Shown one piece after another: positions 25,329 through 37,263 of a DNA stretch of 64,000 bases (within the stretch, counting starts at the first letter, position 1; each line of letters opens with the position of its first letter). This stretch comes from Octopus bimaculoides (Eukaryota). The stretch spans positions 57,216,608 through 57,280,607 of the forward strand of contig NC_068995.1 of NCBI RefSeq assembly GCF_001194135.2, written 5' to 3'. The notes under the pieces were generated by a model. It made no database searches. It saw nothing but the letters and a program-made list of their open reading frames with translations, and had not been told where the DNA came from. Made by a program: the position numbers and the translations under genes.

Positions 25329-25810
25329 CATTGCTTTATTTAAATAATTTTCCTCATTCCTTAATATGAAAATTCATTTCTGAAAATGCCAGTTAGTGGA
25401 AATCCATTATTAATAGAAGAAAAATATAAAACTCATTATATTTAACTGAACTGCCATCATTATTAATTTTTTCTCAGTTTCTATGTTCATACATAGATAC
25501 TTATACATATTTGTAAAATGCAAGCATACTTTTGTAGCTGTGTTCATACTTATGTATATATAAAACAATTGTTTATTTTGTGTCTGTTTTCCATGCTTGT
25601 AAAAGTTGGGAAAATACATTGAGACATTGTTTTACAACCAGATGCCTTTCCTGATGCTAAACCTCACCTCTTTTAAGATGGCTTTCAAGGCTTAAAATGC
25701 TGAGACAATCTGTTGACTGGAGAAACTGACATCAACGAAGCTTACTGCACTTTCATTGCAAACAAATGCAGATGTAAACAAACACATAACATGCATATAC
25801 ATGCACACGT

Positions 25811-25860
<50 letters not shown>

Positions 25861-25879
25861 ACACACGCACACACCATAT

Positions 25880-26025
25880 ATATGATGGTCTTTTAGTTTC
25901 TGTCTACCAATTCATTCAAAAAGCTTTGTTTAGCCCAGAGCAGCTCATCTCTTGCCCAAACTGCTGTGCAGTAGAACTGAACCCATAACCACATGGTTTA
26001 GAACCAAGCTTTTCAACCGCAAAGC
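25880..26025 (-). mobile_element. SINE family A head
   Basis: tcagtttc/ctacc...gaactgaacccataaccacatgg, reverse complement of the head. Confidence 0.75.
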
Positions 26026-26379
26026 TTGCTTCATGGTTGAATGCACATATGTAACATGTATTCGTTAAAAATAGCAAACTCTACAGAATGCAAAATAAAC
26101 TTATTTGTTCATTTCACATTTCCATTTCTGAACAATTTGCATTGTGTTGGATTGTTTATAAATGATTTCCAATGAATCAATCACTGATTAAATGACAGTG
26201 AGATTGATTAGACAATATCTGCTTGTGAGTCTATCTCAAGGGACTTCATTCCAAATGCACCAGTTTTTCAGTTTTTTGGGGGGTTTTTTCTAGCGTGTGT
26301 CCTTCATTAGTCTATACCAGAGAAAGATACAATGCCTATATCTCACCACAACCATCATCATCATCATCGTCATATACAT

Positions 26380-26535
26380 ATTTAAAGAGCTTCTACACAG
26401 CTTTCGTCTATCAAACTCCATCCACAAACTATTGGTAATCCTGAGGCTATAACAGAAGACACTTGTCTATTGCAGAATAGCATTAAAATTGAAATGTTGT
26501 TGTGAAGCAAATTTCTTCACCACTCAGACATGTTT
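26380..26535 (-). mobile_element. SINE family A head
   Basis: gagcttctacacagctttcgtctatcaaa...gaggctataacagaagacacttg. Confidence 0.75.
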
Positions 26536-26844
26536 GCGATGTGGTGAGTCATGTCTTTGAGATGGTTTTGATTCTTTATTCAAGCCAACTTGCTTCACAT
26601 ATCTTGCATAAATGCAGAAGCTTCCCAAATTGTCATCCTTTTTTCTATAAAATTGTGGCCATTTAAAAATTTATTTTATTCTTTAAAAAAAAAAAACTGT
26701 ACATACATGGATATTTAGTCAGAGTACTAACCAAAAATCAGTGACCCCCCCCCCCCCATATTTTGTGAAACAGGTTTGAATTAGACCAGTAAGATATATT
26801 CTGTATAGAATAGATGATTTTTGTGTTTGTCCCTGCCCCTATCT

Positions 26845-26993
26845 CCTCTTGACTAGTGATGTTGGTTTGTTTACACACCTCTGGCAAGGAGACTGATAGG
26901 AAATGTAATGGGGTTGATTTGATTGACTAAACCCTACAAAACGATGCCCCAGCATAGCCACATTCCAATGATTGAACCAAGTAAAAGATAACA
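26845..26993 (+). mobile_element. SINE family A, 3' half
   Basis: gatgttggtttgtttac...ggggttgatttgattgactaaa...ccagcatagcc...gaaccaagtaaaaga. Confidence 0.8.
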
Positions 26994-27608
26994 GACAAAC
27001 AGACACAATTCATTAGTTATTATTGTCGGTGATACAGGTAAATTATCTTGAAAAGGAGATTTCTTTTTTTTCAGAACTGTGTCTCTGACAGAAAAGATAG
27101 CTGTTAGCTCCTCAAAGAATCTTGGTATGTGTTCAGTCATTCAGCAAGAAAATCAAATTCTTATGAATTAGATTCATCAAGGAGAAAAAAAAATATCTAT
27201 CTGTCTCTGTGAAAGGAAAGCACATCTGTTCAAGGAATTTATTATCAGATTGAGCTGAGTTGATAGAGCATGATGGGAGATGCCAGCTAATTGCTCCAGT
27301 CAAAGAAATGTTGTTAGTGTTCCTTAAATAGTTTTGATTTCTTTTTTTTTTTCCTAGTTGCTAGTGAGACACCCAAATCAACTTGTGATTCTTGAAAACC
27401 TAGTCATGTGAATAGAGCTTACTGATCAGAGAAGTGAAGAAATCCAGACATATCAGTTGCAAGGGTTGTCAGAGAAGGTCAGCTTTAGTTTTTCAACCTC
27501 AATTTTAACGAGGCTACTGTTTAGACGAACTAGCTGCAGGCAGTTCCATAGTGAAAATGGTATTGCAATGTTTGCACTTAGTACAGATTGTAATGGAAAC
27601 TGATTTAT

Positions 27609-27638
27609 GTATGTGTGTGTGTGTGTGTATGTGTGTAT

Positions 27639-27680
<42 letters not shown>
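27609..27680. repeat. (TG)n directly abutting (CA)n (self-complementary)
   Basis: Seen directly. Confidence 0.95.
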
Positions 27681-27684
<4 letters not shown>

Positions 27685-27930
27685 CTCGGAATGAATTTAT
27701 ACAGTGGCAGATTGCAATGCAGACTTGTTAACAGGTTCATCTCCAATTTATTTTTCATACTGCCACTTCTTGTTAGTTGTTAATGAAACTATTGAAGTAG
27801 ATCGCATAATTGATGTCACATATAATAGTATAAGAATACTTTCCATCAGGAAGTAAGTTGCAGCCATCTTCAAAAGTCAGGTAATTTCGCAAATTTCATA
27901 AATTTACCTGACTGCTTGCTTAGTATTTTC

Positions 27931-28308
27931 TTATCTTTTACTCGTTCAAGTCATTAGACTGTGGCCCAGCTGGAGTACTGCCTCGAAGGGTTTGCTGAAA
28001 CTAATTGGTCTCATTACACTATTTTTAAGCCTGGTACTTATTCTGTCAATCTTTTTTGCAGAACTGCTATGTTATGTAATTTATAGGGATGTAAACAAAC
28101 CAACATCAGTTGTCAAGCAGTGGTTGGGGACAAACACAAGGACACACACACACATGATGAGCTTCTTTCATTTTTCATCTACCATATCCACTAATACCAT
28201 TCTGCCCAACCTAGAACTATAGTAGAAGACACTGACCCAAGGGGCAACGGGATTGAACCTAAAGCTATGTGGTTGGGCAGCAAGCTTCTTAGCACACAGC
28301 CATGTTTT
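27931..28308 (-). mobile_element. SINE family A, full length
   Basis: Collinear with the other full-length copies. Confidence 0.9.
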
Positions 28309-29124
28309 CAGTTCTCTCCAATCCCTCTTAGGAACGACAGGCTGGCTATACATAAGGAGTCTGATTTAGTTTTTTCTCCTGTTATTCATTTTCAGTTGTC
28401 ATGAAGAATAACTTTTAATTTGACTTCTATTATTTGCAAAAATTATTTAAATGTAAATTTCTCCATGATGCTGTCTTAATTTAACCGAATAGAATTTGAA
28501 AAATTTCCTACAATATCATATTTTAGAAACAAAATTTTCTGAAGAATTTTTTTTTTTTTTTTATGTATATATAGATGTAATAAATAAGTCTTGTATTGAC
28601 TTTCTTTTATTTTTTGTCTCCTACACTCACTGAAAATACTGTCGTGTGTTTTACTTTTTAGCTATTTCTGGTCGAGCATTGTCTTTGGCTGAATTTAGTC
28701 ATGTGTACCATTAAACATGACAAATGAAGTGCTTTCTCTCTCCTCCTCCTCCTCCTCCTCTCTCTGTCTCTCTCAGCACACACACACACACACACACAAC
28801 ATTCTAAACCAAACAGCTGACTGTATCTCTGCTTCGGTATGTGTGTGCATTTATATGTGTGTGTGTGTGTGTGTGTATTTGTAGAAATAGCTGCCAATCA
28901 CGAGGCCTAGCAACACACCATTCACTAGTCTGTCTCTTTTTTCAAGAATGTACACAAGATAAATGGAGATGGGAGAAGAAAAACGATCCGGTGGCACTGA
29001 GCAAGGAACCAAATTCCATTTGTGCCCATTGCAGCCAAATTTTTCCTGCCTTATATTGGCCTCATTAGCTACCAGAAAAGCAATACTGGATTTCTGTTTC
29101 AAAGTCAAGCCATTATGTATATTT

Positions 29125-29208
29125 TAGGCTGAGGTGTGTTAAGAAGTTTCTTTCATAACTGTATAGTTCTGGGTTCAATCCCACTGTGTAGCACCTTCTG
29201 CTATAAGA
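29125..29208 (+). mobile_element. SINE A head fragment
   Basis: gtgttaagaagttt...ctgggttcaatcccactgtgtagcacc. Confidence 0.7.
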
Positions 29209-29574
29209 GAAAAGTGTACATAAAAAGGACCATGATTGTGTGTGTGTGTGAATAGTCATATAACTCTACTACAGCAAGAAACCTGTTCTAAGCTGGCTCC
29301 TCCTCTCATACATTTTAACCTCTCATCTTCTCCCAGAGATCTAACCCCCCCCCCCCCCTCGCCTAGGGTTCATAGTGCCCAGTACATGTTGTAAAGCGGT
29401 TGGCATTATGAGGGGTATCCTGCTGTAGAAGCCATTGTAATGAAAGGAACTGGAATCAATCTCACACAGCCTTGCGACCCCTTATTTTACTGCTTTAAAA
29501 CTTTAATTCCATGGGGTGAATGAGAAATGTAGGGATCAAAACAAGGAATGAGACGCTTGAATAAATAAAGGAGT

Positions 29575-29770
29575 CTCTATGAGGGTGTTTGATCTGCTAG
29601 AAATAGCAGCTGAATATCCTCAACACTTTCACCATCTTGTGGAAAGTTGTGTTTGTTAATGTGGTTGTTGATTTCTTGGGTGTAAGAAAAGGGGTGGATT
29701 TCCATGGCTGAAATGCCTTTCATCCTGTGTCAGTTTGATCAGAGTCAACCCAGGGTTAAACAGCAGCATT
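29575..29770 (+). mobile_element. SINE family E
   Basis: gatctgctagaaatagcagc...catggctgaaatgccttt...cagggttaaacagcagc. Confidence 0.8.
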
Positions 29771-30455
29771 AAACCCCCACCCCTCACCCTCGGCTTCCTC
29801 CAACAACTGCCCTCTTATAATATTATAAAAGCTTTTTGGTTCAATATATACACACACACGCTCACACATTTATACATATATGTATATATACATACATGTG
29901 TGTGTATATATGTTTGCATATATCCAGAGTAATACTTGTTATTAAATAACAATAAATATTACTGGATGTACTGAACCAAAAGCTTTTATAATATTATATA
30001 TGTTGCTGGTACATTAAAATAATATATATACACATATATATATATGAATTAATATTATATTTATGTTTTTGTTCAGTTAAGCTGGGGGGTTTTTTTGTTA
30101 TTTTTTTAACTGATTTTAAACTGTTCAGTTGTGTTAAAGATGAAGGAATGAAGGCACACTAAAATAAGTCTTCTTTACTCTTTCACCATCACCGAACCTC
30201 TACTCCCTCCACCCCCACACCCACCCAATACAACTATTCTCTGCACCACCGTCAACACTACAACCACCACCACCACCACCGTCTAGCGGCGGCAGCAGCA
30301 GCAACAACCAGAAGAGACTTCTTCAATGCAGCTGCAATGTACCTCATGGAATTTCAGAACACCAGATGCATTCCTTCCTTATTAATTACAATTATTGATT
30401 TTTATGTTTAATGAACTTGTCATGGTTAAATTTTAGACAAACATTTCTTTTTTTT

Positions 30456-30487
<32 letters not shown>

Positions 30488-30519
30488 TTCTTATTTTATT
30501 TTTCAATTGTTGCCGTTCT

Positions 30520-30529
30520 CATCATCATC

Positions 30530-30592
<63 letters not shown>

Positions 30593-30747
30593 TCATATCA
30601 AGACTATTATCTTTGCTTAAGTAATTAGATTCTGATTCTTCTCAATTCTACTTTCATCCTATCTAGTTTAACATCTTGTAACATTTTTTTGTTTTTGTGT
30701 GTTTTTTTTTTTGTTTTTAGCTGTTGTAGCAACATCAGCACCAGTAC

Positions 30748-30803
<56 letters not shown>

Positions 30804-30850
30804 ATTGTAATATTAGTAATTATTGTTCAGGATGATGATGATGATGATGA
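30520..30850 (+). repeat. (TAT)n, (AGT)n and (GAT)n trinucleotide runs
   Basis: Seen directly. Confidence 0.9.
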
Positions 30851-31244
30851 GTGACTGCTTAATTTTCTTCCGTATATGGAATCTCCCTCACTGAAAAAGC
30901 CTTCAGTTTAGGATATTTTGTGTAAGTGTGTTGATAGATAGACACAGACAGACAGACAGATATATATGCGTGTGTGTGTGTGTGTATGTGTGTATATATA
31001 TGGACATAGGCATTCTCATACACCGTTATATATACACACACACATTATACACAATAGAAGCATTCCCATCCACACACACACACACATATCTATGTTATAA
31101 AAGGGGAACACATTTTGCCTGTCACTGCTTTGTTTGTACAGTTGTTGAGAAGCTAATGCATTGGATGCCGCTGTGCAGGCTTGCGACTGGATACTGAACT
31201 CTGTTGAACTTGCCACACTTGTTCGCTGGCTGCTTGCCAAGGTA

Positions 31245-31511
31245 GAAGCAGTAGTAGTAGTTGTAGTAGCATTTAGTAGTTATATTAGTAGCAGCAGCAG
31301 CAGCATTAGTAGTGGTAGTAGTAGTAGTAGTAGTAGTAGTGTTAGTAGTTGTATCGTTGCTGTCGATAATGATGCTGATGGTGATGATAATAATGATGCT
31401 GTGCATTTTGATGTTTATTAATGCATTATTATTACAAAGCCAAGTTATTGTGTCCTGCTTATACAGTCTCTCTGTGTGTGTGTTTTCTAGTGTCTTATAG
31501 ATAGCTTCTGT

Positions 31512-31548
<37 letters not shown>

Positions 31549-31570
31549 GTTGCTGCTTCTAGTACTTCTG
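31245..31570. repeat. (AGT/AGC)n tract and complementary (ACT)n tract
   Basis: About 31245-31345 and about 31510-31570. Confidence 0.85.
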
Positions 31571-31866
31571 CCATCATTGTTATTACTAGTGAATTATTAG
31601 TGCTAATAATACTGCAAAGCAATTTCCTCGCCAAGACATGACCTCTGACCTTCATATAGCAATTAGCTTTCTTTCCTTTGTTTATTTATTGTCATTTTTT
31701 TTTTTATGTAAACACAGCACTAATGAACACAGGAGTTCAATTAGTTGTGTTTCAATTCCAATGAGTGATTTATTTTGTGGTTTGTGTTTTGTTAAAAATT
31801 TACTATTTTCTTTCTTTCGTTTTTATTTTTTTTCTCTTTTGTTTCATCTCTTATGAAACTCTGACT

Positions 31867-31913
31867 ATAATATAATAAAATATAATAAAATATAATAAAA
31901 TATAATAAAATAT
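31867..31913 (+). repeat. 10-bp minisatellite (tataataaaa) x4+
   Basis: Seen directly. Confidence 0.95.
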
Positions 31914-32334
31914 GGAGATTCTTCTAAGGAGTATTCAGAATTAGTTGTTACTTTTTTTTTTGTCTTTAATTAAAAATGACATTAGTATATGTAATGATTA
32001 AGTATACATAATGATTATCTCATCTTTAGTAAGAGTGGAGAAAGCATTGGCCATTGTAAATTTATTTGAACATTCCACCAAAATGTCACGTGGAATGTCT
32101 TTTGGGGTTGGAGTTTTTGCTACTAAGAAAAATAAAGATATAAATAAGAAATAAAGAAGAAAAACTCATTGTCGCTCTTATGCTCTGCTCTAAGTAATTT
32201 TTGGACGATAAAATGGTTACAGGGTTAATTAGTAGCATCTCCATGTTTAAAGCTGCTTTGTCATATATGTGTATATTTTAGTATTTAGTAATTGCATTGC
32301 TTTTAGTACATTTAGCATCCAGGAGCAGGTGATG

Positions 32335-32415
32335 ACTAGCAGACTAGATGCCTTATAGTATTATATATTGTCCCTTTATATTCTGAGTTCAAATCCTGCT
32401 GGGATGACTTTGTTT
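32335..32415 (+). mobile_element. SINE family C head fragment
   Basis: atattctgagttcaaatcctgctgggatgactttg. Confidence 0.6.
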
Positions 32416-32579
32416 TATAACCGAAATCGCCATTGTCATTTTTATATTTCTTTGTCTGGCCAAAGTGACGGTCAGTATAACCAGACCACTGCCTTGACAA
32501 ACATGTATACACATAGAAGCGATTCTTGGGCTTCACAGCATAAGAATTACCATTTTTAATGACATTCATGAGAACCAAT

Positions 32580-32755
32580 GAAAGATCCTCACATGGTCGC
32601 TGAACTTGCCAGAAATTGAGCCAAAAGTCCCTCAAATTTACACCCCAAATCCATCTTAGATTAAGAAGGAGATGTAGTGCCACAAGTTTAGATACTTACC
32701 TGGATCTGCTTGATTAAAGTTGACTTGGTGGGTGGGGTTGCTAAACAACTACTAC
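32580..32755 (+). mobile_element. SINE family E
   Basis: ggtcgctgaacttgccagaaatt...ccctcaaatttacacccc...gctaaacaact. Confidence 0.7.
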
Positions 32756-32799
32756 CATAGATCTTAATGCATATGTATTTGTGTGTGTGTGATTTTGGA

Positions 32800-33076
32800 C
32801 TCTCCTATCAGACAACAGGTGAGGGTTGTACAGTTCCTTGCTGAACTTGCCATATTAATGATTTGCTTAGAGTGATCAATTTTTTTAGTTCTACCTTAGC
32901 TTCCTCTCTCCGTCAAATCAACATTACCTGTAGAAGTGCCACATGTCAAAGATCCTAGTGAGTGCAGAGTAATGTGAAATGAGGTTGTTTTGCTCAAGAA
33001 CACAACACACTACCTGGTCTGGGAATCAAAACTAGGATCTTGCAATTATAAGTGCAACACACCCCTAAGTCAGTCA
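32800..33076 (-). mobile_element. SINE with a D-type head
   Basis: ttgctcaagaacacaac...gggaatcaaaactaggatcttgcaattataagtgcaacac is the reverse complement of a D-like head. Confidence 0.65.
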
Positions 33077-33376
33077 CCCTTATATATAATATTAATGCAT
33101 GTATTTGTGTGCGTAGACATATATTTATACATAAATTCAAATTCCCCCATGGGCCTGGATAAGAGCATGGTAAAACAACGCCTGTTTATTTTTAAGTCTT
33201 CAAAATTTTCCACAGATCTTCATTCTTATGACACAATCTTCATTTTGTTTTTAAATTCTAGAAAGCATCAGTAAATGGTGAAGTAATAACAAATATTTTG
33301 CATATTTTTTTTCCTTTCTTCATTTCCCTTAAGTTGGCCATTTTTCATATAAGTTCTGCTATTAGTTATAATTAAC

Positions 33377-33576
33377 CATCATCATTATTTACTGATGTCT
33401 TCTGTGCTGGTATGGGTTGATGAGCCAAGGGAAGCTGATAAGCTAGAGAACTGCATTGAGCTCCTGTGTCTGTTCTGGCATGGTTTCTATAGCTGGATGC
33501 CCTTCCTAATGCCAGCCACTTTATGTGGGGGCTTTTTTCATGACACCAACGTTTGCAAGGTCACCAAGTAACTAAC
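33377..33576 (-). mobile_element. SINE family B, older copy
   Basis: ggtttctatagctggatgcccttcctaatgccagccacttta...aggtcacc. Confidence 0.85.
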
Positions 33577-33650
33577 AAAACATACACACACACATACACA
33601 CATACAATCAGCTTATAGAGGTTCCACCCACACGAACATAGCTTCTTCAA

Positions 33651-33796
33651 TCATCATCATCATCATCATCATCGTTTAACGTCCGCTTTCCATGCTAGCA
33701 TGGGTTGGACGATTTGACTGAGGACTGGTGAAACCGGATGGCAACACCAGGCTCCAGTCTGATTTGGCAGAGTTTCTACAGCTGGATGCCCTTCCT
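33651..33796 (-). mobile_element. SINE family B, very young copy; runs into a gap
   Basis: (cat)n-cgtttaacgtccgctttccatgctagcatggg...ctggatgcccttcct with CpGs intact. Confidence 0.92.
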
Positions 33797-33984
33797 NNNN
33801 NNNNNNNNNNNAAAACATACACACACACATACACACATACAATCAGCTTATAGAGGTTCCACCCACACGAACATAGCTTCTTCAATCATATATTTGTGTA
33901 ATCTTTTTTTTTTTATCTGATGACAGATGAAACCGTTTAGGTTAAATCTCAAACTATTTCAATATTTGAAGTTTGTGTTTAGGC

Positions 33985-34430
33985 AAAACTATCTGCTGAA
34001 GAAGTTTGCTTCCAACTTTGTGCTTCCAAGTAGGTCTTATTCCATTTCACAGCATCTTGGGCAAGTGTTTCAGATTGACCAATACCTACCATTTTCAGTG
34101 GAATTTAGTGAATGAAACTGTACAGAAGTCTGTTTTGAGTGTGTGTGTGTGTGTGTGAGTACATACATAAAAACAGACAAACAGATGTATACATATATAT
34201 ATACATACATATATATGCATATGTGTGTCTGACCTTGTCTTTGTGTATGCTTACATCATTTTAAAAATTAGTGGTTTTTATATTATGGTTACTTTATGTC
34301 CTATAACTTAGCTGCCTGACAAACAGCTATCAATAAAATAATATCAGATTGAAATAAGTACTGGGATGTCAATATGATTGAGTAGAAATCCTTTTCTGTG
34401 TTGTCCCAGCATAACTTCAGCCCAGCATTA
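33985..34430 (+). mobile_element. SINE family A, heavily decayed
   Basis: catcttgggcaagtg...gaaactgtacagaag, microsatellite linker, then ataacttagc...aataagtactggga. Confidence 0.6.
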
Positions 34431-35209
34431 CAATCCACTAAAACAACTCACATACACACACACAATCACTTCCACTCTCTGCCCCCCCTCTATCTCTCCC
34501 TCTTATGTACATGCTTATGCTCACACATTAATTTTAAGTAATAAAATGAAAGTTTTTCATCTCCATGTACATATTGCTTTTTATCTTCTCATGAAAATAA
34601 CAAAAGTATATAAAATATCTATTTGTATTCTATCTTTTCGTTGTATGTTTATTATCCATCATATTTATATGACGGGCTAGACGCATGTGTATCTTACTCC
34701 AGTATGAAGATATCTTCGTAATATTACTTCTGTTTTGAAATTGCTAATCTATATCAAATTATATGTAAAAAAAAAAGAAGAAAAAAAACAACAACCAAAC
34801 AAAAACAAATGAACAAAACAGCAAAAAATACACTACAAACAATAATAATGATGTCAAAATTGCAACACTTGAAGCAAACAGTGATTGAACAAATTTCTTT
34901 TCTTGTCAAATATATCACATTATTGCAAATGATATAACAATAACAACAACAGCAATAATATCTTGAAGTGGTTTTTCTTTTTGTTGTTATTTGTAAGAAT
35001 TATTTTCATTGTTATTAACGGAGACTATATCAAACAAATAAACAAAAAAGAAAAAAAAACTTTCATTTCATTCTATGAATGTTTGCAGGAAATGTCAACT
35101 TTAAATCATTAACCTTGGGCCTAGGTCAATATTTTTGGAGTAGATTTTTCACTTAATTTTTTTTTAATTGCTATATTTTCTTATTTGTCTTGTACTTTTC
35201 CAGACTAGT

Positions 35210-35255
<46 letters not shown>

Positions 35256-36036
35256 GAAAAGTTTCCTTGATATCTGCTGTATTTACAAATTAATCCCCTG
35301 TGTGCCACCCAGACACCTGAGGTGGATAACAGATATCATTTTCTTAATACATTACACAATTATATGATGTCAAAAAAAGTGGTGGAACTTGAGAAATTAA
35401 AAAAAAAAACATGCACACATAAGTGCTCAATAGAACTGCTATAAAACCATGAAATTTCAGGTGACCATGCCCTTTATAAAATATGCACAGTGCTCATTAG
35501 AATTATTCTCTGCATTTTTTTTTAGGTAGGATTTTCTTGGTTCAATATCTATGAATGTTATTATTACAATTTCATATTTTTATACAAAACACTTTGTAAC
35601 GCGAGATTTACTCCTAATCAATTTTGAATGAGTTCAATAACAGTTAAAAATAACATACTGACATATATCATAGTACTCCCACCAACCTCTTTTTGGGTGA
35701 GGAGAAAGAATTGCAATGATTGGTCAGTTGATGTGGTGAACTTTGTTCTCATTTTGATGGAATTTTCTTTTCAAAAACAGTCATTAAAATAAAAAATTTT
35801 TAAATTGGTACAAATTATCTGCAAATTTCCACAATTCTTTAAAAGTTTTTGAATAGAGAAGATCTTTGTGAGGATATTGTAGAATTGGTGGTGGGGAGTA
35901 TTGTAAAAGAACATTTAATATTTTGGGACTTCAACTTTTTTCATTCTTTCTGGTTTTCAAATTACTAAATTACTTTTCCTTGTAGAAACGGAAACAGTTT
36001 AAATTCCAAGTTATTGTCTATTGTCATTATTATTAT

Positions 36037-36270
36037 TAAGATGGAAAGCTGGCAGAATCGTTAACACGTTGGATGAAATGCTTAGCGGCATTTTGCCCAT
36101 CACTACATTCTGAGTTCAAATTCTGTCGAGATCAACTTTGCCTCTCATCCTTTCAGAGTTGATGAAGATAAATCCCTGTCAAGAACTGGGGTTGATATAA
36201 ACTAGTTAGCCAACTCCCCACCAAATATCAGGCTTTGTACCTATAGTAGAAAGCACGATGATTATTATTA
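36037..36270 (+). mobile_element. SINE family C, full length
   Basis: agctggcagaatcgtt (A box), gagttcaaattc (B box), ctttgcctctcatccttt, tail caggctttgtacctatagtagaaag + (TTA)n. Confidence 0.9.
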
Positions 36271-36440
36271 AAGCAGTGAGCTGACAAAATTGTTAGCAGC
36301 AAATTTTCCCTCTTTTCTGCCGAGGTTGATCTTGCCTTTCTTCCTTTTGGGGGCAATGAAGTAAGTACCAGTGAAGTTCTTGTGTCATTTAAAGAATTTC
36401 AGGCCTTGTGCTGATAGTAGAAAGGATTATTATTATTATT
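36271..36440 (+). mobile_element. SINE family C, second tandem copy with internal deletions
   Basis: Begins in the (TTA) tail of the previous copy and has the same head and tail motifs. Confidence 0.85.
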
Positions 36441-37069
36441 ATATCTTTCATGTTTATATCGTAGTCAAGACAATCTTTTAAATAAATGTAAGTTTTAATA
36501 ATTCCCATGTAATTTAAAAATAGATAAAGAAACATTTTTTTCGGGGTGCTACACTATATTGAATGAACTTTTGGATAATTAAATATTTAGCCAATGATCC
36601 TTTAAAGTGTTAAAGTGTGTGTTCTACAATATAGAAACTGAAAAATGCAACAGAAACAACAAATAAATAAAACAGAGCAACAAAGTCTTATCTATCCTAT
36701 CGTAAATATTCATTGCTTAAAGATTGATGTACGGTTCATTGATGATCGGTTCCCCATCATCATTAAATCATTTCTGCCTAAAGAACATGAAGGTGGAAAT
36801 GAAGCAATTGCTTTCAGCATAATTAATAAACTAGACCACTGAACTGTGACATCCTTCATAAATTGCTATTCTATGGCACCCTTCCAAAAATTTTTCTCCT
36901 TCCTGTTCTTTTCTGACAGCCCTATATATGTATGCTCTTGTATGAAAACTTCGAAAATGTTCAAAATCTTAACTAGAAATTTTCAGTCACACACACACAT
37001 AATGTTTGTTTTAGGTCATTCCCGAAAAACTGCCGACTACATTAGCTGGACATCATATTGGTGCTATGC

Positions 37070-37071
37070 AT

Positions 37072-37134
<63 letters not shown>

Positions 37135-37219
37135 TCTGTACGTATGTGCATGTATATGTANNNNNNNNNNNNNNNNNNNNNNNNNNNNNNNNNNNNNNNN
37201 NNNNNNNNNNNNNNNNNNN

Positions 37220-37262
<43 letters not shown>
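37070..37262 (+). repeat. (CA)n field spanning a gap
   Basis: Seen directly. Confidence 0.95.

Positions 37263-37263
<1 letters not shown>

Noticed and set aside
31867-31913. Regular direct repeats as a CRISPR-like array
   Set aside because: A contiguous 10-bp AT-rich minisatellite without spacers, in eukaryotic DNA.
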